A stretch of 10,522 nt of DNA from Candidatus Heimdallarchaeota archaeon (GTDB taxonomy: Archaea; Asgardarchaeota; Heimdallarchaeia; Heimdallarchaeales; Heimdallarchaeaceae). The notes under the pieces are model-generated. The model saw nothing but the letters and a program-made list of their open reading frames with translations, did not search any database and was not told the origin of the DNA. The number at the start of each line of letters is the position of its first letter. Within the stretch, counting starts at the first letter, position 1. Location of the stretch: contig JAAFKI010000137.1 of assembly GCA_021399345.1 (NCBI GenBank), positions 1 through 10,522 of the forward strand, given 5' to 3'. Position numbers and translations under genes: made by a program. This document shows positions 1 to 7,286 of the stretch, in pieces.

Positions 1-549
1 GAATATCCCAACTACAGGTGCAAGAAAGAATATTGATTTCCAAATAGCTGCAATAACTAACAAAGCTATTCCAGCTATTGCACTATTTTGAATGAATGTG
101 ATTTGAGAAATCCTTTTCTCAAATAGAGGCATGTGAAAAGCTGAATCATGATGTCCTGAGAAAATAATAATCTTCTTTTTCTCGTTTACAGGCTCAAACT
201 TAACTATAATATTGCTAGAACTGGATTTCTTAGTTAAAAGATTTACAAGGTTTTTATCCTTGAACCTTGCTAAATAGTAAATAAGTAACATCACTAACGC
301 TAGAACTAGAGCTAGAAATGGAATGAAAAAATATGCTACTACAGAAATAAAATATCCCCATACAAGGAAGAGAATAAGATTCTGTAAAGCTCTTCCAACC
401 ACGGGAAAGGTCTCAACTTCAACATTAGAGGAAAGAGAACGGAATTTTCCTTCTATATATTTGCATGTCTTGTGATCTGCTTCTGTTCCTGTAATCCGTG
501 TTCTATAAGTATCTGTAATATACTTAATTGAATCAAGAAATGAATCCAT
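1..549 (-). CDS. M28-family (M20/M25/M40/M28 clan) zinc metallopeptidase with transmembrane segments; N-terminal part only, runs off the window edge
   Basis: Manual translation from ATG at 549 is open to base 1: MDSFLDSIKYITDTYRTRITGTEADHKTCKYIEGKFRSLSSNVEVETF...(hydrophobic)...SSNIIVKFEPVNEKKKIIIFSGHHDSAFHMP...(hydrophobic). The R-x-x-G-T start, 'NII' strand and 'IIFSGHHDS' first zinc-ligand motif are typical of M28. Absent from the ORF track because the stop lies outside the window. Confidence 0.85.
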   Translation of the reverse strand, partial: MDSFLDSIKYITDTYRTRITGTEADHKTCKYIEGKFRSLSSNVEVETFPVVGRALQNLILFLVWGYFISVVAYFFIPFLALVLALVMLLIYYLARFKDKNLVNLLTKKSSSSNIIVKFEPVNEKKKIIIFSGHHDSAFHMPLFEKRISQITFIQNSAIAGIALLVIAAIWKSIFFLAPVVGIF

Positions 550-571
550 GAAGGTTTGAGACAAATAAGTT

Positions 572-579
572 TTATTTAA
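572..579 (-). promoter_or_regulatory. Putative archaeal TATA box (TTAAATAA) of the peptidase gene, probably a leaderless transcript
   Basis: Minus-strand TTAAATAA ends about 22 nt upstream of ATG 549; no Shine-Dalgarno in between. Confidence 0.5.
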
Positions 580-612
580 GTCTTAACAACTTTCTCCCCC
601 AAAATGAAGAAA

Positions 613-798
613 CTAACTTCCACTCTTAGTTTTAACAAAGGTAGAGTTTTCTTCGTTTTCTAGTTTAATGCCAACTTCATGCTTTATTTCATTTAACTTC
701 CATAAAACAAAGTCGATGGTTTCTTGATTAAGTAAAACATCTTTGTTGGAATGATGTTTGAGCTGACGTACTAAATCTTCACGCTTTATCTCTTCCAT
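613..798 (-). CDS. Small hypothetical protein (61 aa), possible divergent/truncated histone-fold protein
   Basis: ORF track 613..837. The second Met at 798 (MEEIKREDL...) is preferred because it follows purine-rich GAGAAAGG and the upstream extension is very AT-rich. The sequence is charged with an amphipathic helical pattern. Confidence 0.65.
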   Translation of the reverse strand: MEEIKREDLVRQLKHHSNKDVLLNQETIDFVLWKLNEIKHEVGIKLENEENSTFVKTKSGS

Positions 799-950
799 TG
801 AAATCGCCTTTCTCAATATAATATATTGAATTTGCATTATAAACTCAAGAATTTTCTTTATTAATTGTATGTAATATTAATGAAATACTAGAAAATTGCC
901 TAAAAAGATTGAATCTACATTGAAAATTGATCTGCTAAGGATGTAAGGGG

Positions 951-1032
951 AAAATGGCGTGGAAGGAATCATCTTAGGTTTTCAGCAAGAATAAGACGGA
1001 CTAATTTTAATTTCCTTCCTACACCCTATTTT
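951..1032 (-). ncRNA. Candidate structured small RNA or leader (extended hairpin, about 80 nt)
   Basis: Minus strand GGUGU(A)GGAAGGAA pairs with UUCCUUCC-ACGCC (13 bp including one G-U). An inner stem is GUCUUA/UAAGAU. TATA-like TATATAAG lies at 1058-1051 and a short U-tract follows the stem. Confidence 0.35.
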
Positions 1033-1124
1033 TGTACGCTCATTCAAACACTTATATATTGTTCCAATGATTAGAATGATTGATAAAAAAGCTGCTCTTC
1101 ATCAGTAAATACCATCTTAATACA

Positions 1125-1150
1125 TTTTCACTTGACTTGTGTGAAAAAAA
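1125..1150 (-). terminator. Possible terminator of the TetR gene (T7 tract plus 7-bp inverted repeat TTTTCAC/GTGAAAA)
   Basis: A run at 1144-1150 reads as a T tract on the minus strand just after the stop at 1164. Inverted repeat at 1125-1131 / 1141-1147. Confidence 0.35.
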
Positions 1151-1163
1151 TAGCTGGTTTTCT

Positions 1164-1805
1164 TCAATCTTTAATTAATTGAGAAAGTTGCTTTTTGAGT
1201 TGTTCTTTTACAAAATCCTTAAATTCAATTTTTGAACCAAAGTTAGAAATGCTATAATCTGGATCAAATAGAATTGTATTTGTCAAAAGAACAGTTCCAT
1301 GAATTACTGACCAAAGATATAATGATAGTTTATTTGAATCAATATCTTTAGACAAACCTTGAGCGAGAGCTGATTCAATCCAATTTAAGAGCTTCAATGT
1401 CTTTTGGGGAACAAATTTCTCATCTTCTGATGGTTGACCCTCAGCTGGTGGTGGTGGAAGCACAAACATTAACTTATATCTTCTATAATTTGATTCAGCG
1501 AAATCAAAATAGAAATCAGTAAGTTTTTCCAATAATTCAATAGATGTTCCTTTATGATTCAAAACAATTGGTTGAATTTGATTTCTCAAATCAGTAAAAT
1601 CTCGTCTCATAATTTCAAACCAAAGCGTTCTCTTACTAGAGTAGTAGTTGTAGAGATTACTTTGTGACATATCAAGTCGTTTAGCTAATGCCCTCATACT
1701 AAATCCTGTAGTCCCAACTTCATAGAATAGTTCTCTAGCTTCAGTGATAATTCTCTGAATTTGTTTATCTTTTGCCTCTGGTGATCTAGCTCTACTCTTA
1801 CTCAT
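1164..1805 (-). CDS. TetR/AcrR family transcriptional regulator (WHG-like C-terminal domain)
   Basis: HTH signature 'IITEARELFYEVGTTGFSMRALAKRLDMSQSNLYNYYSSKRTL' and C-terminal 'LWSVIHG'. Start moved from 1883 to Met at 1805 (MSKSRARS...), which has a TATA-like box 22 nt upstream. Confidence 0.95.
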   Translation of the reverse strand: MSKSRARSPEAKDKQIQRIITEARELFYEVGTTGFSMRALAKRLDMSQSNLYNYYSSKRTLWFEIMRRDFTDLRNQIQPIVLNHKGTSIELLEKLTDFYFDFAESNYRRYKLMFVLPPPPAEGQPSEDEKFVPQKTLKLLNWIESALAQGLSKDIDSNKLSLYLWSVIHGTVLLTNTILFDPDYSISNFGSKIEFKDFVKEQLKKQLSQLIKD

Positions 1806-1827
1806 TAACCTTAGGGACTTCATATAG

Positions 1828-1843
1828 TAAATAAACTTTATTA
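1828..1843. promoter_or_regulatory. TATA-like box TTTATTTA (-, 1835-1828) for tetR, back-to-back with a plus-strand AAAC-TTTATTA element
   Basis: Spacing to ATG 1805 fits a leaderless archaeal promoter. The plus-strand 11-mer AAACTTTATTA (1833-1843) also occurs at 8912-8922, upstream of the solute-binding protein gene. Confidence 0.45.
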
Positions 1844-2127
1844 GAAAATGTGATTCAGTTAAGGAAGCTACTCCTTTGATCAAAAAGCAATATCTTCCTT
1901 ACAATAAGGTATCTTCTTGGATATATCTCCTTACTAGAAGATTACTCAAAAATACTAATGTCATGAGAATCAGCTCTTCTCATTCAATAATAAGTAACGT
2001 TTATTTTTTTGCAAAAACTTCCTTAAATCACAGCATGTATAGCTTTTGATGGTGAAAGAATGCTACTACTATTGGGTCATAAGTCCAAAGAATTTTAAGA
2101 AGGTAATCTTCATTCAATCTGATTTGA

Positions 2128-2925
2128 ATGGATAAAGAATCCTTGCCATTAAACCTCCCAGAGGAACTTAGGGAGATTCTAAAAGAGTTTTCCTTTGAGG
2201 TAAACAATATTGGCTGTTCAAGAGCTAAAGTCTTCAAGCTGTTTAATGATGAAAAAACGCTTTATCTTAAAATCAACAAGTCATTGTCTATTTTTGATCT
2301 AGAAAAAGAGAAAATTATCCTTGAATGGGTATCACAGAAACTAGAGGTTCCCGAAGTTATTTATTTTGGAAAAGAGAATGATATAGCATTTCTTTTAATA
2401 TCTGAAATTGAAGGGAAGGTTTCATACATTACAGAATCTGACAAGGAAAAACGTAGAAACGTTAAGATACTAGCTGAAGGTCTGAAAAAAATACATTCAA
2501 TTCCCACAGCTACATGTCCAATAAATAACACACCAGATAAGTTATTACAATTAGCGAAGGAAAGAATAGAAAAGGGAGATATTGATGCAACACAGTTTGA
2601 CAAAAGATGGTCTGATAAAAGTCCTGAGGAATTATTCGAAGAAGTAGTAAAAATAAAACCTAGTGAATATGATCCTGTTTTTTCTCATGGAGATTATTGC
2701 TTACCCAATATCTTGGTTGAAGAAAATGTCCTTAGTGGTTTTGTTGATTGGTCTTGGGGAGGAATAAATGACAGATATTTTGACTTTGCTGCTGTAATGT
2801 GGAGTATTGGATATAACTTTGGCGAAGAATGGGTAAACTACTTCCTTGAAGATTATGGAATAGAAAATATAGATTTGAAAAGACTCAAATTTTTCCAGAT
2901 GTTAAATGAGTTCTTCCAACAATGA
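2128..2925 (+). CDS. Aminoglycoside 3'-phosphotransferase-like kinase (APH/choline kinase superfamily)
   Basis: 'GCSRAKVFKL' nucleotide-positioning loop, 'LYLK' lysine, 'EKEK..LEW..KLEVPEVI', Brenner motif 'HGDYCLPNI', 'GFVDW', 'DRYFDFA' and C-terminal 'LNEFF'. Length of 265 aa matches APH(3') enzymes. Confidence 0.9.
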   Translation: MDKESLPLNLPEELREILKEFSFEVNNIGCSRAKVFKLFNDEKTLYLKINKSLSIFDLEKEKIILEWVSQKLEVPEVIYFGKENDIAFLLISEIEGKVSYITESDKEKRRNVKILAEGLKKIHSIPTATCPINNTPDKLLQLAKERIEKGDIDATQFDKRWSDKSPEELFEEVVKIKPSEYDPVFSHGDYCLPNILVEENVLSGFVDWSWGGINDRYFDFAAVMWSIGYNFGEEWVNYFLEDYGIENIDLKRLKFFQMLNEFFQQ

Positions 2926-2975
2926 TAAGAAAGATTGACCATTAGATTTATTTTAAACTAGGTTATCTTTTCACT

Positions 2976-4589
2976 ATGAGTTTGAGATTTGATTCTTATC
3001 GTTCCCCTGTTTATGGAAAAAGAGGTATAGTTGCGTCTAGTCAACCACTAGCGTCTGAAGCAGGCATGAGAATACTTCAACAAGGAGGAAATGCTGCAGA
3101 TGCAGCTGTTGCAACTGCTGCTGCTTTGAACGTGACCGAACCTTGCTCAACAGGTATAGGCGGAGATTGCTTCAGTCTATACTATGATGGTAAGCAGAAG
3201 ACAGTTTTCGGACTCAATGCTAGTGGAAGAGCTCCTGCTGGACTTAATCTAGATTTTCTAGCAAACCAAAAAATTACAGGTTCTTTACCACCTCTTAGTG
3301 TTCACACGATAACTGTTCCGGGAGCGGCAGCTGGTTGGGTAGATACAATAGAGAAATTCGGAACATTGACTATGAAAGAAGTTCTTGCTCCAGCAATAGA
3401 ACTAGCAGAAGGTGGATTCCCAGTAGCTCCATTTACTGCTTTAGCTTGGAAACGAAGTGAGCTGTTGATTAAAAAAGGACCCTATGGTGAAGAGATGCTT
3501 CTCAATGGTGAAGCACCAAAGGAAGGAGAGATAATGAAAAATCCAACTTTGGGGGAAACATTCCGCACTTTAGCTGAGCATGGGAAAAAGGGATTCTATG
3601 AAGGACGAATTGCAGAAGCAATAATTGACCTCATACAGTCATTCGATGGAGTAATGTCTCTTGATGATTTGAAAAACCATCATAATACATTTGATGAACC
3701 TATATCAACTAATTACAGAGGAGTAGACGTGTTCGAAATTCCTCCCAACGGACAAGGAATTACTGCACTAATTGCACTGAATATTTTAGAAGAATTTGAT
3801 TTAGCAAAAATGAATCACTCTTCAGTAGAACACTTGCATGTGATGATAGAAGCTATGAGAATAGCTTTTGCTGATACACGATGGTATGTAGCTGATACAG
3901 ATGTTGTGAATGTTCCGATTAAGGAACTAATCTCCAAAGATTATGCAACTGAAAGAAGAAAACTAATCGATTTAAATAAAGCAACTGTAGACACAAAAAG
4001 GGGTTCGCCTTTTACAAGTTCAGACACTGTTTATTTCTCAGTAGCTGACAGTGAAGGGAATGCTTGTAGTTTCATCAATTCTAATTATATGGGTTTTGGT
4101 ACAGGATTAATTCCTCAGGGATGCGGTTTCACACTTCAAAACAGAGGAGCAAATTTCACTTTAGAAGCTGGTCATCCTAATGTTTTAGCTCCTAACAAAA
4201 GACCATATCATACAATTATTCCAGGTATGGCTACTAAAGATGGAGAGCTTTATGCTAGTTTTGGTGTTATGGGTGGTTTCAATCAACCCCAAGGACATGC
4301 TCAAGTAATCATTAACATGGTTGATTACGGTATGAACCCTCAGCAAGCACTAAATGCACCAAGGTTCACCATAAGAGATGGAACAAGTGGTGGAAATATT
4401 GCTCTTGAAGAAGGAATATCTGATTCAACAATGAGCACACTAAAGAGTATGGGGCATGAGATTATTCCCACTTCAGGTACAGCTAGAATGATATTTGGTA
4501 GAGGTCAAATTATTAAACGCGATAGTAAAAGTGGAGTGTTGTGTGGAGGAACAAGTCCAAGAGCTGATGGACTAGCAATAGCTTGGTAG
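2976..4589 (+). CDS. ggt: Gamma-glutamyltransferase family Ntn-hydrolase (YwrD/HpxW-like subfamily)
   Basis: 'GGNAADAAVA', 'TGIGGDCF', 'TVPGAAAGW', 'PPNGQG', autocleavage site D-T351 ('SSDTVYFSVAD', codon 4026-4028), 'NSNY', 'NRGANF', 'KRPYHTIIP', 'GVMGGFNQPQGH'. Confidence 0.95.
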   Translation: MSLRFDSYRSPVYGKRGIVASSQPLASEAGMRILQQGGNAADAAVATAAALNVTEPCSTGIGGDCFSLYYDGKQKTVFGLNASGRAPAGLNLDFLANQKITGSLPPLSVHTITVPGAAAGWVDTIEKFGTLTMKEVLAPAIELAEGGFPVAPFTALAWKRSELLIKKGPYGEEMLLNGEAPKEGEIMKNPTLGETFRTLAEHGKKGFYEGRIAEAIIDLIQSFDGVMSLDDLKNHHNTFDEPISTNYRGVDVFEIPPNGQGITALIALNILEEFDLAKMNHSSVEHLHVMIEAMRIAFADTRWYVADTDVVNVPIKELISKDYATERRKLIDLNKATVDTKRGSPFTSSDTVYFSVADSEGNACSFINSNYMGFGTGLIPQGCGFTLQNRGANFTLEAGHPNVLAPNKRPYHTIIPGMATKDGELYASFGVMGGFNQPQGHAQVIINMVDYGMNPQQALNAPRFTIRDGTSGGNIALEEGISDSTMSTLKSMGHEIIPTSGTARMIFGRGQIIKRDSKSGVLCGGTSPRADGLAIAW

Positions 4590-4594
4590 CGATT

Positions 4595-6028
4595 CTAATT
4601 TGAAAAAACTAATGACTTCACAACTACAGGGACTACTTGTCCCCCAGCTTTAGGTTTATCAACATCGATGAAGTCTCCCTCTTGAACGTTAATTTCATCA
4701 ACAGAAATAATGTTTTCTTTAGCTTCAGTTTCTCTTTTCATTACATTTCCTACAGAATTTCCAATATCCCTATCAAAAATCATAATTATTGGTTGCTTTT
4801 TTCTGATTGTATTAGGAATAGCATTAACTACACCTTTAGCAAAAGTGGTTAATCCAGCATAAGAACCACCTATTGCACCTTTAAATGATAGAGCAACGGT
4901 GCCCTCACCTTCTTTGACATCAAAAAGATTGAAGCTTTTCAAAATAGCCTTTTTCACGCTTTCTTCAGTTATGTCTTTATTGTTTAGTTTAGGTTCAAGA
5001 ACAGGAATATTATGAATAGGAAGAATTTCTGTATCGGAGATGTGTGTTGTAACACCTGAAACCTGAAGAGTATATTGACCTGCACCTATGACAGTTGCAC
5101 GAATAAGTTCTATTGGTTCATGAAGTTGGATTTTTTGAGCATCAACAATTTTTACTATCTCTTCGCCTAGATATTTACCTAAATCTCCAAAATCATGATC
5201 AATTTTATTATAGATATATTCTGCAACTCCACCAGAAAAGACTAGTTCATCTATATTTTCAGTGAAATCTAAGGGATTTGTCATCAACAGATTTTTAGCT
5301 ATTTTTGATTCTATTTTCTGATTTAGAACTTCAAAAAGGCTATCAGCCAGTATTTTGGCCATTTCTCTTTTCTGTTCCTCAGTAATCTCTAAGCCATAAT
5401 CAAATTTGATTCCCATCTCGTCTTCTAGATTTCTAATAGGATCTTCAATTCGAACAATTTTATTCTTATCATCAAAAGCTATCAACCTTCCACCAACATT
5501 AACACAAGAAGCTTCAACTACCTCACCTGCTTTGACAATAGCTATATTTGAAGTTCCTCCTCCGATATCAATATTCATGACGGTTTTCTTTGATTCTTTT
5601 GAATACAAAGCTGCGCCTGAACCCATGGCAGCAATTACTGATTCAAAATTAGGTCCTGCAGCAGCACAAACAAATTTCCCTGCTTTATGAGCTAGAGATT
5701 TAACTAATTCTTCAGCATTCTCCTTTTTCGCGCTCTCACCAGTTATAATGACTGCTCCAGTATCTATATCATCTATAGAGACGTTTGCTCGCTCATACTC
5801 TTCTTTGAGGAATTCAACCAGTTTGAGATAATCGATATTTACTCCATCCATCAAGGGTGTTAAAATAATTTTTCCTTTGAATAAGATCTCCCTTTCAGTA
5901 ACTTCGAATTTCACTCCTTGCGGAGTATAAATCTTCTCCAACTTAAGTTTAGAGAAAATTAGATGTGAGGTTGTAGTCCCAACATCTATTCCACAACTAG
6001 TTAATGATAATGTGTGTTCTTCGCTCAT
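4595..6028 (-). CDS. eutA: Ethanolamine ammonia-lyase reactivating factor EutA (ASKHA ATPase)
   Basis: 'SCGIDVGTTTSHLIFSKL', 'IDTGAVIITGESAKKENA', 'FVCAAAGPNFESVIAAMGSGA', 'NIDIGGGTSNIA', 'FSGGVAEY', 'IRATVIGAG' and C-terminal 'VVPVVVKSLVF' are EutA signatures. 477 aa; GAGG Shine-Dalgarno at 6040-6037. Confidence 0.92.
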   Translation of the reverse strand: MSEEHTLSLTSCGIDVGTTTSHLIFSKLKLEKIYTPQGVKFEVTEREILFKGKIILTPLMDGVNIDYLKLVEFLKEEYERANVSIDDIDTGAVIITGESAKKENAEELVKSLAHKAGKFVCAAAGPNFESVIAAMGSGAALYSKESKKTVMNIDIGGGTSNIAIVKAGEVVEASCVNVGGRLIAFDDKNKIVRIEDPIRNLEDEMGIKFDYGLEITEEQKREMAKILADSLFEVLNQKIESKIAKNLLMTNPLDFTENIDELVFSGGVAEYIYNKIDHDFGDLGKYLGEEIVKIVDAQKIQLHEPIELIRATVIGAGQYTLQVSGVTTHISDTEILPIHNIPVLEPKLNNKDITEESVKKAILKSFNLFDVKEGEGTVALSFKGAIGGSYAGLTTFAKGVVNAIPNTIRKKQPIIMIFDRDIGNSVGNVMKRETEAKENIISVDEINVQEGDFIDVDKPKAGGQVVPVVVKSLVFSN

Positions 6029-6168
6029 TATACAGTCCTCTAAGCGCTAAAAACATCAAAAATTTATACACTTAAAGCATTTTGGTTGAGTCTTTTTTTT
6101 AAACGTAAAAATACAAATAAAGAGAAAAGGTTTAAAATGTCTATTGTAAAACACAAAGTGATATTGCC
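6029..6168. promoter_or_regulatory. Divergent promoter region (eutA / membrane protein)
   Basis: Plus strand GAAAAGG-TTTAAAAT at 6124-6138 (BRE/TATA-like, 30 nt before ATG 6169). Minus strand TTTAAG at 6076-6071. Confidence 0.45.
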
Positions 6169-7137
6169 ATGGCAACGGAAAATATTGAAGCTGAAGATAG
6201 TGAAATTAGCTCCACAGATTTAAGCCCCCGTTCATTTGGGGAAGTTTGGAAAGATTGGTTTCTTGCCGCTCTTAGAGCTATTTGGAAAAAAATCCATTCA
6301 CCGTTAGGAATACTAGTTATAAGTATATGGTTTATCAGCGTTTTCACAATGGGACTTACAAACACTTTCCGAGGAGGTAGTTTCTGGGATGGGCCTTCAT
6401 ATTGGATTAGTGTATTTTTAACATATGGGCTAAATACAGGTCAAGATGCTACTTTAAGATTGATTGCAAAACCAGTATTTGTATGGTTCTTTGCCCCCAT
6501 CGTTGTTCTCTTATTAGGCGTTTCACTTTTCCTGCTTTCGGATAGTGGATTTTTCTTAACCTCTTCAGAACAAGCTTTTGATCCAAGTAGATACTTTAGT
6601 TTTCAAGATATATGGGGATCTCAAGTTGTAAATCCAGATAAACCAAAATTTACTAAAACTTATCTATGGCTTGTACTTATGCCCTTACTTCTTGGAGCAA
6701 TAGTTTCTGGTACATATAATTTCATTATGTTTAAAGTAATTAAAAAAAGAAAATATATCCCATCAGCTAAAACTTTCTTGGTGATAATCGCTCTCTTTGC
6801 ATTAATAATAGGTATTGAAATAGCATTAATGACAGGAGAACTAGTTTTAGAATTCAAAAAACTATTTTATTCATTATTTGTTGACCGGAGAGACAACCAA
6901 TTTTTGATATACGGTTTAGAACATGGAGGAAAAGGGCAGTATCATCCAATAGCAGTAGCTCTTACAGTTTGGTTACTCTTTCTAGTACCTTTCTTTGTAA
7001 TCTTCTTGATTCTCTTGATTATTGGAAATCTTGATAATATTTGGAAGAATAAGAATTTCTTATATAGAAGAATCGTTAAATTCATTGAATCAAGACAAGA
7101 ACCTGAGTTAGAACAGGTCTTCACTGCAGAAAAATGA
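6169..7137 (+). CDS. Hypothetical polytopic membrane protein (roughly 5-7 TM helices)
   Basis: 322-aa ORF with several long hydrophobic stretches, an acidic N-terminus and a charged C-terminus. No family motif recognised. Confidence 0.8.
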   Translation: MATENIEAEDSEISSTDLSPRSFGEVWKDWFLAALRAIWKKIHSPLGILVISIWFISVFTMGLTNTFRGGSFWDGPSYWISVFLTYGLNTGQDATLRLIAKPVFVWFFAPIVVLLLGVSLFLLSDSGFFLTSSEQAFDPSRYFSFQDIWGSQVVNPDKPKFTKTYLWLVLMPLLLGAIVSGTYNFIMFKVIKKRKYIPSAKTFLVIIALFALIIGIEIALMTGELVLEFKKLFYSLFVDRRDNQFLIYGLEHGGKGQYHPIAVALTVWLLFLVPFFVIFLILLIIGNLDNIWKNKNFLYRRIVKFIESRQEPELEQVFTAEK

Positions 7138-7286
7138 ACAAAAGTGCAAATATATTTAGCACTTTTCTCTACTTTATTTTAAAACAGTAACTTTGAGTTA
7201 GTTTTTTTAGCTTGTTGATTAAGAAATGAAAATCTAATCCCATGAACAATTTTATTAGTGTGCAAGTTAAGATGGAGATGTTTAGA

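Noticed and set aside
982-987. In-frame TGC-TGA on the minus strand as a possible selenocysteine codon, with the hairpin as SECIS
   Set aside because: The surrounding frame does not resemble any selenoprotein, and the hairpin lacks a correctly placed SECIS core.
969-1043. Minus-strand micro-ORF MSVQK*GVGRKLKLVRLILAENLR* (TAG read-through or L39e-like remnant)
   Set aside because: Stops after five codons. TAG is an ordinary stop elsewhere in the window (ggt, eutA), and the Trp/Arg-rich L39e C-terminus is absent.
1085-1110. CUGAUGA on the minus strand (hammerhead core or box C)
   Set aside because: No GAAA after a stem II and no stems I/III. The nearest CUGA box D is over 110 nt away.
1806-1883. 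N-terminal extension of TetR given in the ORF track
   Set aside because: It overlaps the TATA-like box. The Met at 1805 gives a typical TetR N-terminus.
2028-2603. Antisense ORFs 2028..2237 and 2361..2603
   Set aside because: Shadow frames of the kinase gene with no motifs.
2128-2925. Vector-derived or transposon-borne kanamycin cassette
   Set aside because: Base composition matches its neighbours, there are no IS ends or vector features, and the protein differs from known nptI/II/III motifs.
4637-5690. Plus-strand ORFs 4637..4852 and 5406..5690
   Set aside because: Antisense shadows inside eutA.
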